Assembly: GCA_951406725.2 (NCBI GenBank) | Contig: OX597825.1 | Location: forward strand, 47,182,001 to 47,246,000 | Reading direction: 5' to 3' | DNA: 64,000 nucleotides | Origin: Octopus vulgaris | Lineage: Eukaryota | Part shown: in pieces, positions 40,696 through 54,790 of the stretch | Layout: each line of letters opens with the position of its first letter | How positions within the stretch are numbered: position 1 is the first letter of the stretch | Notes under the pieces: model-generated | What the model was told of the DNA's origin: nothing | Database searches by the model: none | Seen by the model: the letters and a program-made list of their open reading frames with translations, nothing else | Made by a program: the position numbers and the translations under genes

Positions 40696-41144
40696 TATAG
40701 CTTGAGGCTATATATGCATTCATACATGCATTTATACATATGTATACATGCATGCATACACACACACATATGTATATATACATACAGACATATATCACAT
40801 CATAGTAAAATAGGTGTCTAAATTACATATATACAGACATTTATTCATAGAGTATACTTACTTCAAACAAGCAGAACTAAAACTTAGTTGTAATACTTAA
40901 ATTAATTTGCATACTAGCGGTGTTATTACACAATTAGCAAATACTTATGCACAATGCGGTGTATATTAGAAAAGTTAAAGTAAATTTTAAGTTGTAAATT
41001 AGAGTTTTTAAACTTTACGCAGTGGGACTTTAAACGGATGTTAAAACATCTTGTTATTCTCTCCGTACATAGCAGGTACTTGTTCTCTGATGAGATATTA
41101 AAGAAACTTGGAAAATATCAGAGTAATCTCTATTATTATTACTC

Positions 41145-41444
41145 TTTCTTTTACTCTTTTACTTGTTTCAATCATTTGACTGCGGCCATGTTGGAGCACC
41201 GCCTTTAGTCAAGCAAATCGACCACAGGACTTATTCTTTGTATCGGTTGTCAAGCGATTTTGGAGGGACAAACACAGACACAAAAACATATACACACATA
41301 TACATATATATATACATATATAAGACGGGCTTCTTTCAGTTTCCGGGTTCCGTCCCATTGCGTGGCACCTTCTACTATAGCCTCGGGCAGACCAAAGCCT
41401 TGTGAGTGGATTTGGTTGGTGGAAACTGAAAGAAGCCCGTTGTA

Positions 41445-41492
<48 letters not shown>

Positions 41493-41702
41493 AGTATACG
41501 TTTGTGTGTCTGTGTTTGTCCCCCCAACATCGCTTGACAACCGATACTGGTGTGTTTACGTCCCCGTAACTTAGCAGTTCGTCAAAAGAGACCGATACAA
41601 TAAGTAGTAGGCTTACAAAGAATAAGTCCTGGGGTCGATTTGCTCGACTAAAGGCGGTGCTCCAGCATGACTGAAACAAGTAAAAGAGTAAGAGTAAAGA
41701 GT
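41145..41702. mobile_element. Two SINE-like copies in inverted orientation
   Basis: GGAGCACCGCCTTTAGTC.AGCAAATCGACC..AGGACTTATTCTTTG mirrored at 41617-41667. Confidence 0.8.
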
Positions 41703-41779
41703 ATATCAGAGAACGTGAGGCATGAACCACCACCTTCATGTTACCATCTTTTTATTTATGTAGCTACAACACTTCTTCA

Positions 41780-43930
41780 CTGCAGGACCGAAGTAGGCTA
41801 ACAACAAATCAGATGTTAATATTTTTAAAATTTTGTTGAACGTCTTCAGACAATTTTTAGAGCAGTTCCACTTTACAGTTTTTTAAAATAGATTATTTAG
41901 AGGAACTCTCACCTTATGCACAGTTGGAAAATAATTTTGGTAATAATTTGCTAGTCCCAAATAAGCTTGAAAGGTCGCTTTATTTGTCGGAGGAGGCATA
42001 TTTTGCGTTCTCTACGTGTTGGTCCCGGGATTCGCTTTCAATAAGTATATCATCCAGGTATGAAATTGTGAATTCACAGCCTGCTAACATTGCATCCATA
42101 ATCTGTTGAAAAATCGCCGGCACGACTTTAAGCCAAATGGTAACCTACTGTATTTATGCAGTCCTTCATGTGTGTCAATTGTTAGGTATTTAGAGAATTC
42201 GTCGTCTACTCTAATTTGTGGGCACGTTTCAGAGGGATCCAATTTAGAAATTATGTTGCCACCGTTTAATTTCGGAGTAAGTAGCGGATAGTGAAACATT
42301 TTAAGACATTCGTTTAAACCAGTGGAAAAATCAGCACATACTCTGATTTTATTATTCTTTTTACTAATGTACACAGTTGGTGATGACCATTGACTATATT
42401 CCACTTTTTGGATAACTCCTATTTTTTCTCGTCTCTCTAATTCTAAGTTTATCTCTTCTAACGCTACGAAAGGTACAGTTCGTTTTGGTTTAATACTGGT
42501 ATAAAATTTTCTTTTACTTGAAACTTTGCCTTTGCTTTGGTGCACAGACCTAATTCCTCAAATAGAACTTCAGGAAAAATATTAAAAAATTTTTTTGAAA
42601 ATTCGTACTCGCGAAAAAAACCTTTTGTATTTTAACAGAAAAAATTTATGGGGAGGTTTATGTGGAGATTTATGGGGAGGTGTCATAATTCCATCCTGTC
42701 TATTCCGAATAAATTTGTCTTATTCAACACTAAAAACTGGCTTTTAAGGGGTCTTTTTTTCCCCGAAACGTAACGTCACTTATCAATTAGCCCTTAAAAT
42801 GTCATTTATTTTTACCTGAAACACCACGTGCGATTTTCGAAGTTTCAATGTAATTGATTTTTACTTGAAACACCACGTACAATTTTCGAAGTTTCTTTTA
42901 GTCTAGGTCTTCCGATTTTTCCCATATATCTGTGTTAGTATCGAGATATCACTTTCCGTATCCAATTGTAACTTGACGTTTGTGTTATTAACTTTTACAT
43001 ACACAAATTTCCTTTGAAGTTAGTTCATATTTCTTGCTACCGATAACCTGATTACGTGATTTTTTTTTCTGTTGAACCGTTTTTTAGGTTTTGTTTTACA
43101 GTTTTGTTTTTTATGGCCTATCTTACTATACCTGAAGCATTTTATATTTTTAAACGGAGAGTTTCTTTTAAAATATAGACCACTGCACCCATAACATAAA
43201 TTCGGTCTTGATATTTTTTCTCTTTTTTTATATCCGTTACCGGTCGACGCGCATGAATATGAGAGCAATCTTTTTCTTTAATTTTATCTGCGTCATGTCT
43301 TAGATTTATAATCCTCTGGCATTCTTCTGCTACTGCCTGTAGAGTTAATTTTTGGGTCCTGTTCTAATTTCGTTAATATCAGGGAACGTATGTCTGCATT
43401 TTTGTTTGCAGCCATCCCTTGAACAAAAATTAGACATTTGAACATGTCCATGTTTAATTCATTTAATTTGAATTTTTCACATTCTCTGTTAGCAACTCCA
43501 GCATAGGTGACGAAATCTTCATAATGTTTTTTGACCAAATTTAAACATTACCAGCGAGTACTGAACTGGGAACTTATTACATTGAGAATTTCCGATAAAA
43601 TATTAGCTGTTTCACAGAAACAAATCTCACCTGGTTTCTTCGGCAGAATATAGTTACTATATTTTTCGTGTTCGGAAGGGCATAACTTTCTCAAAAGTAG
43701 TCGTAATGTTTTCTCGTCAGACCAATTTTTACATTCTTCTTTGAAGTTTTCTTCTTATCTTCGAAAATATACAGAGAAGGTAATCCCTTCTTCTGGATTA
43801 TATCTGAATTCTTCAATTGAGTTCGCTACGCTGTCTGGCGAGTACAAATCTGAAGTATTTTTAGACTTCTTCAACATTAATTCCAGCAGCTTTTGGTTTT
43901 GTTGTTACTGTTGTTGTAGTTGATGTTGCT
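41780..43930 (-). mobile_element. Ty3/gypsy LTR-retrotransposon internal remnant (gag, protease, RT)
   Basis: gag-like ORFs with two zinc-knuckle remnants, LQLDTESDIS protease motif at ~42940-42975, RT WSSPTV..KIRVCADFSTGLN..RLPFG. Confidence 0.88.
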
Positions 43931-44139
43931 GTTGCTGTTGAGCGAAGCGGTCTCCGTCCCAGAGCTCGCAAGATCGCGCCTCTGTAGTGGGAGAAGTCCG
44001 AAACGTGGTCCTTTGCTATTCGTAAGACCCGCAGAAGAGAAAGCAGGTCAACCCCCGACACCGAGAGCATCGACGGATGGCTGACTGCGCATCCAGGCTC
44101 AGCGATTGCGTAGGAAGTCGGGAACAAGAAACAGGAACA

Positions 44140-44298
44140 AAGAGTGAGAGAAAGTTGGAGCGAAAGAGTACAACAGGGGTCGCCACCACCCCCTGCCGGA
44201 GCCTCGTGGAGCTTTAGGTGTTTTCGCTCAATAAACACACACAACGCCCGGTCTGGGGATCGAAACAAAGATCCTCCGACCGCGAGTCCGCTGCCCTA
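44140..44298 (-). mobile_element. tRNA-derived SINE, partial (family of 1795-2097)
   Basis: Near-identical to 1918-2076. Confidence 0.85.
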
Positions 44299-46001
44299 AT
44301 GTAGTTACTGTTGTTCTGCACGGAGGCCAATAAGTGTATGTAAGTAAATCAAACATAAGCACTATTACTCAACATATGCCTACTTTCAAGTATATATATT
44401 AACCTAAACGTATAAAATTAACATCCATTAACAAAAGTGAGTGCATTTTCCATCGGGATAAAAATGAATAAATCTCTATCATATATGGAAACTTTGAAGC
44501 CTGAAGTTCACCGAGAAGTCAGATTTATGTCTTAAACAGTCCATACCTTCCAGTAATAAACATTTATGTTACAAAAGAGTTTCTCAAATTCGTTGATAAA
44601 TGGAGATATCCATGCTAGTACATGAATATTTTCACTTAGATGCTATCCAAAGTTACCCTAGTGGAGAGGAGCTGGAAATAATTTATCGAAAATGTTCATT
44701 CCATAACAGACACGAATCTATCGGTTTTATAACTGAAACGGAAATAAATAATTTTTCAACGTACTCATGAGAAGTTTGAGGTAATGAATCTAGGGAAATT
44801 TATGATTAGATTGGCCACAAACGTTATTTTTATATTTTATCACTTTGCTTTAGAAACATTATGGAAAAACAAATTAATGTATATGTGTTGTGTAATAAAC
44901 GTATTGCTTAGTTCTTATTGACAGATTACGTGCACTGTGATAGCTCGAACTTTTAAATAAAAGTTGTGATATATTTATTATTAGAAAAATAACACCTTAG
45001 CAATTATAAAATGATAAATTGCCTACTATAAAATACACGCATAAAGACTTATCAACATAATAATTCATAATGGATTAAAAATCTTTTGTGACATACATGA
45101 CCTCTTAAAGATGATCTGTCCAGAAACAGAAGATGAATTTCTCTATTGTACGTTCTCACATATAATCCCGTTGTGAGTTATTCTACCCTAGCTTGATATG
45201 GTTAACCATGACTTTCGTCTACATAAATACGCAGACGAATATATTCCAAAGAGACACTAGTGTATATAATGTGTGAGAGTCGAATCTAATGAACCGTTTT
45301 TAACACTTGTCTTTGAACCTATTCAAAAACAATTCGTCTTAATATCTTAAAATAGCACATTTTAAGCTGTTATGGTATCTCATTAAAGAAAAGAATAAAT
45401 GGTTCGAAGTCTGATGAATTAGAATGTAGTCCTTACTTAGGATTAAATACAAATAAAGATATGACTATAGAAAATCGTGCCTTCCTGAAAAGAAATGGAA
45501 GTGAATATTTCTACAATTAATAAAGCTGAAATTCGAAAAATTTGTTTGTTTCATTTTGGGATGGAAAAGATTTAAGGGCCGGTAGATGGGGTCGGATTGG
45601 CACCAAAATTTACAGCCACATGTAAAAAGAGGCGGAAAAGAGACTGGACTAGTTTAGAAACCGCTATCTCAAAAGCTGTGGTTACTAGGGCAACAAAATC
45701 CAGACTTTGACAATGTTTGTCACTTCTCACTTTCGAATATCCCCCATAACGAAGTATGACAGATTCGTCTCTCAGTCACACTTTCGCCCAACACCTCTCT
45801 CACATTACGTCTGTCTGTATCTATACAGAGAAAGCGTTGCACGCAACAAGAGTAAAAGTATTCCTAAAAGAGATCTTTCAGAACGGTTATATATTACCGC
45901 CCACCACCGTCGAAAAATCATGACAGATATTATTAATCAGATATATTGCGTTAATTTATATATATATCAGTGTATGTGCATATATATAAATCTTAATATA
46001 T

Positions 46002-47104
46002 TGTTACGGAATCACCCGTCGTCGCCCGTCCCGAACGGCTCACACAAGTTCCGCCACGGAACCCAAAGAGGCGGAGAGAGGAGATACAGATAGATACTGC
46101 CACAACCTCAACAGCACAGAGATACAGAGGCACAACCCGAGATACAACCCAAAGAGGCAAGGCAACAACTGGCAACACTGGCTTATATTCAAACAACAGT
46201 TTATACGACAATTACAATTGTTACAACATCAAGATACATCAAAGCATGCACGTGACTACTCAATACATAATACAACAGCATTTCAAGAGTACAACTCAAA
46301 GCATAATACAACATCATGTAACAATTCAAGAGTACACGTCCCAAGACAACAGTTCTTTAAAGTCTCTTCCTAAACATCACAATCAACAAGTCCTTTACTC
46401 TTCTTCTTCACAATGTCCTTTATCGACCACATCGACAGAGTCCTTGACTGTTCTTTTCACTGTTCAATAAATCTTGACACGTATCAATGCACAAACACAT
46501 ACCTCAATTCCTAATTGAATCGCCAGTGTCCCATTCCTCTCAATACTGCTAAATCCTCTGTACATATCCCTTCTGTGCCGCCAAGCTTTCTCGCATCCCA
46601 CTTGCTCCTAAGAATTCCAACGCTTGCTCCTTAAATCCAATGTCCGTCTGTCTTCTTCGAGGACAGGCCAGCGACTGCCCTTCTTGACGACCAACTACGA
46701 ACTGCTCAAAACCTCACCTCCTCGTCCTGACTTCCACTACCTCATCTCCCTCTGTCTATATCGCTCATACCCTTTCTAACTGCTCTCTTAGCCTTATACT
46801 CTATCTCTATTCTCAATCTGTCCCTTACTGCTTATAGCCTTTCTATCTGCTCTCTGATCTTACTGCCTATCTCTATCACCTGCTGCCTATTACCCTCTCT
46901 ATCTATCCCTCTCTGCCCCCTCATCCTCTCTCACGACATATTCAAGGGGTGTCCAGAGCGACCCCTAATTCACCCGCACAAGGTCACAGGTCATTCCAAA
47001 ACCCATTAGTCCTCCATTAAACAAAAGACTGTCACTTTTCTACTAGACATGCCGGAACCATAATAATGTGGGTCACCGGGAAATGCACCAGCTAAACCGT
47101 AACA
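46002..47104. mobile_element. Solo LTR (1.1 kb)
   Basis: TGTTACGG...CCGTAACA termini and a 4-bp ATAT TSD; removing it restores an array unit AATCTTAATATATTATCGTC. Confidence 0.85.
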
Positions 47105-49806
47105 ATATTATCGTCATCAACACCTAGACATTAGTGACGGTAATCTTAATATAACGCCTAGACAATAGTGACGGTAATCGTAATATATTATCATCAAATC
47201 CTAGACGTTTGTGACGGCAATCCTAATATATTATCGTCATCAACTCCTAGACATTAGTGACGGTAATCTTAATATATTATCGTAATCAACTCCTAGACAT
47301 TAGTGACGGTAATCTTAATATATTATCGTCATCAACCCCTAGACATTAGTGACGTTAATCTTAATATATTATCCTCATCAACCTCTAGACATTAGTGATG
47401 GTGATCTTAATATATTATCATCATCAACTCCTGGACATCAGTAACGTTAATCTTAATATATTATCGTCATCACCTCCTAGTCATTATTGACAGTAATCTT
47501 CATATATTATCATCATCAACCCCTAGACATTAGTGACGTTAATCTTAATATATTATCGTTACACACTCCTAGACATTGGTGACGGTAATCTTAATATATT
47601 ATCGTTACATACGCCTAGATATTGGTGACGGTAATATTAATATATTATCGTTACACACTCCTAGACATTAGTGACGGTAATCTTAATATATTATCGTTAC
47701 ATACTCCTAGATATTGGTGACGGTAATCTTAATATATTATCGTTACACACTCCTAGACATTGGTGACGGTAATCTTAATATATTATCGTTACACACTCCT
47801 AGACAGTAGTGACGGTAATCTTAATATATTATCGTTACATACTCCTAGATATTGGTGACGGTAATCTTAATATATTATCGTTACATATTCCTAGACATTG
47901 GTGACGGTAATCTTAATATATTATCGTTACATACTCCTAGATATTGGTGTCGGTAATCTCAATATATTATCGTCATCAACTCGTAAACGTTACTTACGGT
48001 AATCTTAATATATTATCGTCATCAACTCCTAGACATTAGTGATGGTAATCTTTATATATTATCTTCATCTACCCGTAGAATTAGTGACGGTAATCTTCAT
48101 ATATTATCCTCATCAACCCCTAGACTTTAGTGACGGTAATCTTAATATATTATCCTCATCAACCCCTAGAAATTAGTGACGGCGATCTTAATATATTATC
48201 GTCATCACATCCTAGACATTAGTGACAGTAATCTTCATATGTTATCGTCATCAATCCCTAGACATTAGTGTCGGTAATATTTATATATTATCGTCACCAA
48301 CTCCTAATCATTAGTGACGGTAATCTTAATATATGATCGTCATCAACCCCTAGAATTTAGTGACGGTAATCTTAATATATGATCGTCACCAACCCCTAGA
48401 ATTTAGTGACGGTAATCTTAATATATGATCGTCACCAACCCCTGGAATTTAGTGACGGTAATCTTAATATATTATCGTCACCAACCCCTAGAATTTAGTG
48501 ACGGTAATCTTAATATATGATCGTCATCAACCCCTAGAATTTAGTGACGGTAATCTTTATATATTATCGTCACCAACTCCTAATCATTAGTGACGGTAAT
48601 CTTAATATATTATCGACATCAACTCCTAGACATTAATGATGGTAATCTTAATATATTATCGTCATCTACCCGTAGACATTAGTGACAGTAATCTTCATAT
48701 GTTATCGTCATCAATCCCTAGACATTAGTGTCAGTAATCTTTATATATTATCGTCACCAACTCCTAATCATTAGTGACGGTAATCTTAATATATGATCGT
48801 CATCAACCCCTAGAATTTAGTGACGGTAATCTTAATATATTATCATCATCAGCACCCAGACATTAGTGACGGTAATCTTAATATATTATCGTCCTCAACT
48901 CCTAGCCATTAGTGACGGTAATCTTAATATGTTATCGTCATCAACTCTTAGCCATTAGTGACGGTAATCTTAATATATTATCGTCATCAACTCCTAGCAA
49001 TTATTGACGGTAATCTTCATATATTATCGTCCTCTACCCCTAGACATTAGTGACGGTAATCTTCATATATTATCGCCATGAAGCCCTAGACATTAGTGAT
49101 GGTAATCTCCATATATTATCCTTATCATCCCCTAGACATTAGTGACGGTAATCTTAATATATTATCATTATCAACTCCTAGATATTAGTGACGTTAATAT
49201 TAAGATATTATCGTCATCAACCCCTAGAAATTCGTGATGTTAATATTAATATATTATCGTCATCAACCTCTACACATTAGTGATGGTAATAGTAATATAT
49301 TATCATCATCAACCCCTAGACATTAGTGAAGGTAATCTCAATATATTATCATCATCCCCTAGACATTAATGACGATAATCTTAATATATTATCGTAATCA
49401 ACTCCTAGAGATTAGTGACAGTAATCTTAATATATTATCATCATCAACCCCTACTCCTAGAAACTAATGACGGTAATCTTAATATATTATCGTCATCAAC
49501 TCTTAGACATTAGTGACGGTAATCTTAATATATTATCGTCATCAACCCCCAGACATTATTTACGGTAATCTTAATATATTATCATCATCAACCCCCACAC
49601 ATTAGTGATGGTAATCTCAATATATTATCCACATCAACTCCGAGACATCTGTGACGGTAATCTTAATATATTATCGTCATCATCCTCTAGACATTAGTGA
49701 CGGTAATGTTAATATATTATCGTCATCAACCGCTACACATAAGTGATGGTAATCTCAATATATTATCCTCATTAACTCCTAGACATTAGTGATGGTGATC
49801 TTAATA
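47105..49806. repeat. 46-bp tandem repeat array, roughly 58-59 units
   Basis: Consensus ATATTATCGTCATCAACTCCTAGACATTAGTGACGGTAATCTTAAT; period 46 (e.g. TCCTAG at 47245 and 47291). Confidence 0.97.
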
Positions 49807-49873
49807 AAAGAATAAGCATGCAAGAATAAACATAAAACAACGTTTATGGTAAGTCTATTTACTTCTGTCATGC

Positions 49874-49937
<64 letters not shown>

Positions 49938-50496
49938 TCAGATGAATATGGTACTTATATTGTTTATAATAAATCTTTGATTTTTTATGACTATACCAAC
50001 TAGAATGTCTGTCCACTCCACTCAGCCCTACCCATAACAGATACTGCCCTCTGTTCTCTCAGCCTTAGATGTACAAGGGATTTGATAAACTAATCTGTGA
50101 ATTAAAACTGACCCCATAAAGACAAAAAATCAGTGGCAGGCAGAGTCTTCTAATTTTAGTAACTTCTATGCTAAAGTAGAGAATATTCTTTATCTATCTC
50201 CTTAACTTCTTGGAGATTTTAGGTATAATTATACTAATGTGTCCATCTGTTCTAATTTAATTACATTCTATGTCCTTGTGCAGTTGAAGATTGCTCTACA
50301 TTTTAAATTGGTGTAATGATTGCATTGTTCAATTAAATGGGGTTGCATGAAACGATAGTACTGCATTTCCTCTGGATATCCTTGTTGCTTATTTTGATTT
50401 ATATATATATATATATATATAAATGTATTACTTTCCAGTAATATATCGATTGATATTTTCCTGTAAATATTGGTGCCTTGTTATACCATTTATCTA

Positions 50497-50561
<65 letters not shown>

Positions 50562-50690
50562 TAATAGTTATCGCCATACTAATTCTTTATTCTTATTTTT
50601 AAGAATGCCATATTAGTATGGCGATAACTATTAACTTCCAGAAACGCTGTCGTAATCTCTTTTAAAGAGACTTAGTAATTTTAATATTTC

Positions 50691-50732
<42 letters not shown>

Positions 50733-51189
50733 TATATACATATGTACTTTATATAATACACACACATATGTACACAGGCTGCCGAGCTATTTCCGCCTGC
50801 AAGATTTACTCAGGGTATTAATTCGGGGTTATATCAGAAGACTTTTCCAGAGTGTTATGCAGTTGGACCGAATCTAAAACCGGATAGCTCCACATAAATT
50901 ACTGACATGTATTGTTAGAACCTACAGCTTTGTAGGACATCCTATATATTTCAATCAAGTGGACTGTGGGTTTAAGTCTAGTCACATGAACTTTACTATT
51001 ATATGAAAATAAGGATATTAACACCATATACACACACATAACCCATATGAATAACAATAATAAACAAGTGACAAACGAATATATAGTGCGTGTCTTTATT
51101 TCGCAAGAAGAGAAAATGACAACCTCAAATATAATATGTCTCAACGCACAATTTCGCAACCAATTCCCACACTGCACCTATACATACAC
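49805..51189 (+). repeat. Local segmental duplication, copy B
   Basis: Matches 33890-35885 minus the palindromic insert; includes one Tc1 end. Confidence 0.93.
50280..50364 (+). ncRNA. Duplicate of the 34359 hammerhead with a C3-to-T core mutation
   Basis: GCAG TTGAAGA...GAAAC GATA GTA CTGC. Confidence 0.6.
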
Positions 51190-52403
51190 TTCTCTACACC
51201 TCGCCCTACTCACTCTCACACAATAACTTACAATCTCATTCAGCTTTACACACACACATTGTTTATATACACCTACACTATAACACATTTCTTCCACGCT
51301 CCACACACACACACATACATACACCAACACACCAGCGTACAAAGTGTTATTTGCACACCTCTTGAACATACGCTCACGTGCACTCACTGACACACAAAAT
51401 CACTCACTCTTACACACACACACACACGCACACACCTAATTTCGCCCTGACTCACCTCCTTCTATCTGCGACTCGCAGGTTGTCTGACTGTTCAACCACT
51501 GCTACCTTCAGCGTGCTCTTTTATACATTCGAACATACACTACACGTACACTCGACGTAGAAACACACCGACATATAAGCGTACATACTAACGTACAGGA
51601 AAACAAACAAGAAAAGACATGCACACACAGATGCACACACGCACACACACACACTAGCACACTGTGCTACATTATTTCCCTTTGCCTCCGCTGTTCGCCA
51701 AACTCACGTTATTTCTTTCTTTTTCATTGACTGCATGGCCTAGCAACTAATATTTTCGCCTTTATATTATTTCTCACTTGTATTCCATCCCATGGACCTT
51801 GCTAACCAATCGTTCAACCATTTATGCACTTCTCTGCAACACTGGATTACAATCCCTGCAATTTATTCCCTTGATTTTCACTCTCTGGCCTCGCTCGGGA
51901 ACTTTTACCATTTCTGTTGGATTTCCTCAACACCTAGATTTCTGTCACTAGTTTCCTCTCAAACTGCGCAAAATACTCTTTTTCTAAACATTTCTAAACA
52001 ACTTTTTCTTAATGCTCTTTCCCTTTTCACACAACCCTTCCTATTTTACATGTTTTTCATGCTCAAATTGTTTTTCTTGGCAGTTGTTACATCATGTCCT
52101 TTTACCGTTCTTCACTTTTTATCAACCCGTACATTTTCTTCGGTTTTCTTCATGTTTCCCGAAACTCACCGCCCTCTCACATCGCACCCATTCCTAGGTA
52201 ATGACAAGTACCTAACACTGCTCACAGACTAAGTCATTTTCCTGAACAATCACACTCTTATACATGCGCACAACACACTACCTCTTCTTATCTTTTTGCC
52301 TCCTCCCCATAAAATCGCATTTCCACCTGACGCTAAACCTTTTTTCTCTTCTCTTTCTTTGTTTTTCTTCATTCCTTTTTTCCACCACATTTCCTGCTTT
52401 TGG

Positions 52404-52444
52404 GGTCTTCTCGTGAAGGGCTAACGTCTGAAATGTGAAAGATC
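52404..52444 (+). ncRNA. Highly degenerate hammerhead-like motif
   Basis: GGTCTT CTCGTGA AGGGC TAAC GTCT GAAA TGTG AAAGATC; layout matches the 40243 motif. Confidence 0.3.
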
Positions 52445-52489
52445 CTTTCTCTTTCCTATTAAGCATTAAATTAATAAATACCTATTTCT

Positions 52490-52712
52490 TTACTACCCAC
52501 AAGGGGCTAAACACAGAGGACAAACAAGGACAGACAAACGGATTAAATCGATTACATCGACCCCATTGCGTAACTGGTACTTAATTTATCGACCCCGAAA
52601 GGATGAAAGGCAAAGTCGACCTCGGCAGAATTTGAACCCAGAACGTAACGGCAGACGAAATACCGCTGAACATTTCGCCCGGCGTGCTAATGATTCTGCC
52701 AGCTCGCCGCCT
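52490..52712 (-). mobile_element. tRNA-derived SINE, full-length
   Basis: Reverse complement of GGCGGCGAGCTGGCAGAATC...GAGGTCGACTTTGCCTTTCATCC. Confidence 0.85.
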
Positions 52713-52790
52713 TATTAAATTAATAAATGCATTCATGAAAATTTATTCCTCTTGTGTCTTTTTTTGCTTTTGATCAATCATCATCATATA

Positions 52791-53478
52791 CGTAGTCTGA
52801 TCAATAAGCATTGACCATGACAGAAAAAGTTGAGTAGAGAATCTGCATCAAATTTGACCAAAAGCTGCCGATACCTGCTCAGACGCCTGCGCAAAGTTTT
52901 CAAAACGTTTTCATCATTTTCGGTACAATTAAGGAGAGCTTGTGAAAGCAGTTTTGACACAAACTTGGCAGATAAGCATCTCATACCCAATTCGTCAGTG
53001 ATAATGGAGTGAAATGAACCGTAACTAATCTGCACATCCCTGATATATCACAGATGGCGATTCGATGATTTCCTTCCACAGCTGCACGGACATCTGTGAT
53101 ATTTTTCTCAGTTCTACTTGTTGCGGGTCTCCGAGAACGTTCGTTAATATTGACATTTTTCTACTATCTTGGAAACGTTTGAATCACTGGTACACTTGTG
53201 TGGAGTTCATACACTCCTCTCCATACACTTTCTGCAATTTTGCGTAGGCCTCTGAGCAGGTATCGCCATGACATTCTCTGTTATGGTCAATGCGATGATC
53301 ACACGCTACACTTCTTCCTTCCAAGCATTGCTGTAAACAGCAGAAGTGAGCTAGAACGTTAAATCTTAATGCACATGCACAGTAGAGTTCAAGGTTATTC
53401 TGTGCCAAGCAGCTTTACTCAGCGTGCTTTAGCTTCGTTACCATGCCAACAGTCCAGATACTTATTTATCAGACCTTG
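52791..53478 (-). mobile_element. Mariner-derived non-autonomous element
   Basis: TIRs C..GTCTGAT.AATAAG flanked by TA; AYAKLQKVYGEECM and SAKFVSKLL (WVPxxL-like) remnants. Confidence 0.8.
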
Positions 53479-53520
53479 TATACATGAATATGTATGTATA
53501 TATATATATATATATGTGTA

Positions 53521-53609
<89 letters not shown>

Positions 53610-53668
53610 GTATATACATAATACACATTCAAAACTTACGCGAACTTTTCTCGTTTTCTACATGCGTA

Positions 53669-53713
<45 letters not shown>

Positions 53714-54574
53714 GGAGCTTATGATATTTTAATTTTATAGTTGACAATTGTTTCAGCAACTCAACGGTGACTATTCACACATAATGCCATTGACATGTAT
53801 GTTTGTTAATAATGATGAAGTCGTTCATGCAACATTATATATCTTACATAGCAGCCGTTAAAATTCCTTCATCGGAACCGTTTTTATACAATTGGGTAAA
53901 ACAGAAAGATATGACTGGTGTAAGACAATTTTTTCGATTCCTAACAAAGTTGTCATGTTGAATATTTGAAAACAATCACCAGTGTTTAACAACAAGGTAT
54001 GAGTAATTCCTTATTAAAAAAATTAATCAAATGAAGAATCGGTTTTTTTTATTAGACAAGTTCAGTTTTGAGCAAAGCAGGCATGATTCATGTTTACTTA
54101 CTTGTAAACAATAACGTTGTTCTCGTAAGTTTTCAGTCACCGCTTCACCGAAATTTCCGTTATGTGATAGAGACGAGAGAATGCATGAGTAAGTTGGGCA
54201 GAATTAATTCTGCATGTTCCAACAAAGCAGCTTATCGCTAATTTTATTGCCTACTTATATAAATTTAGCCGATCTGCGTATACAGAAAAATGAGATTCTA
54301 CAATTTTCCCTTCTATCAAATTTCATTCACAAGGCATTGAAATTATGGTGAAAAGCAACTGCACAAAGTTTAGAGAAATGTGATACAGCTTGGAGCTTCT
54401 TAATCAGGTGATGCCTGAAACCATACTTAAAAAGTCTTTTTATTTTATATTTTTATTTCTCCTCACCACACGTGTATTAATTATATTTCCTTTTTCCTAC
54501 TATATTCCTATATTCAGCATGATTGCACTAACAGGACACTTTTTTCATGTGAGTGAGGTCGATTAAATATCTGT

Positions 54575-54790
54575 GAGATGGCAGAATCGTCAGCATGCGA
54601 AGCAAAATGCTCATGGGCATTTCGTCTGTCTTTATGTTCTTGCGTTGAATTTCTGCCGCGTTCGACTATGCCTTTCATAATTTCATGATCGATAAAATAA
54701 GTACCAGCTGAACACTGTGGTCGGTGTAATCGACTTACTCCCTCCCCCGAACATGCTGACCTAATCCAAAAATCAGAGATCAATAATTTG
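54575..54790 (+). mobile_element. tRNA-derived SINE, diverged
   Basis: GATGGCAGAATCGTCAGCA...GATAAAATAAGTACCAG. Confidence 0.75.

Noticed and set aside
47105-49806. CRISPR-like appearance (palindromic repeat with variable linker)
   Set aside because: Linkers are ~18-nt variants of one sequence rather than unique spacers; no cas genes; eukaryotic repeat context
51330-51500. Possible GIY-YIG endonuclease remnant of a Penelope element upstream of the 52404 motif
   Set aside because: Only vague similarity (RRLSD) within CA-rich low-complexity sequence; needs a profile search
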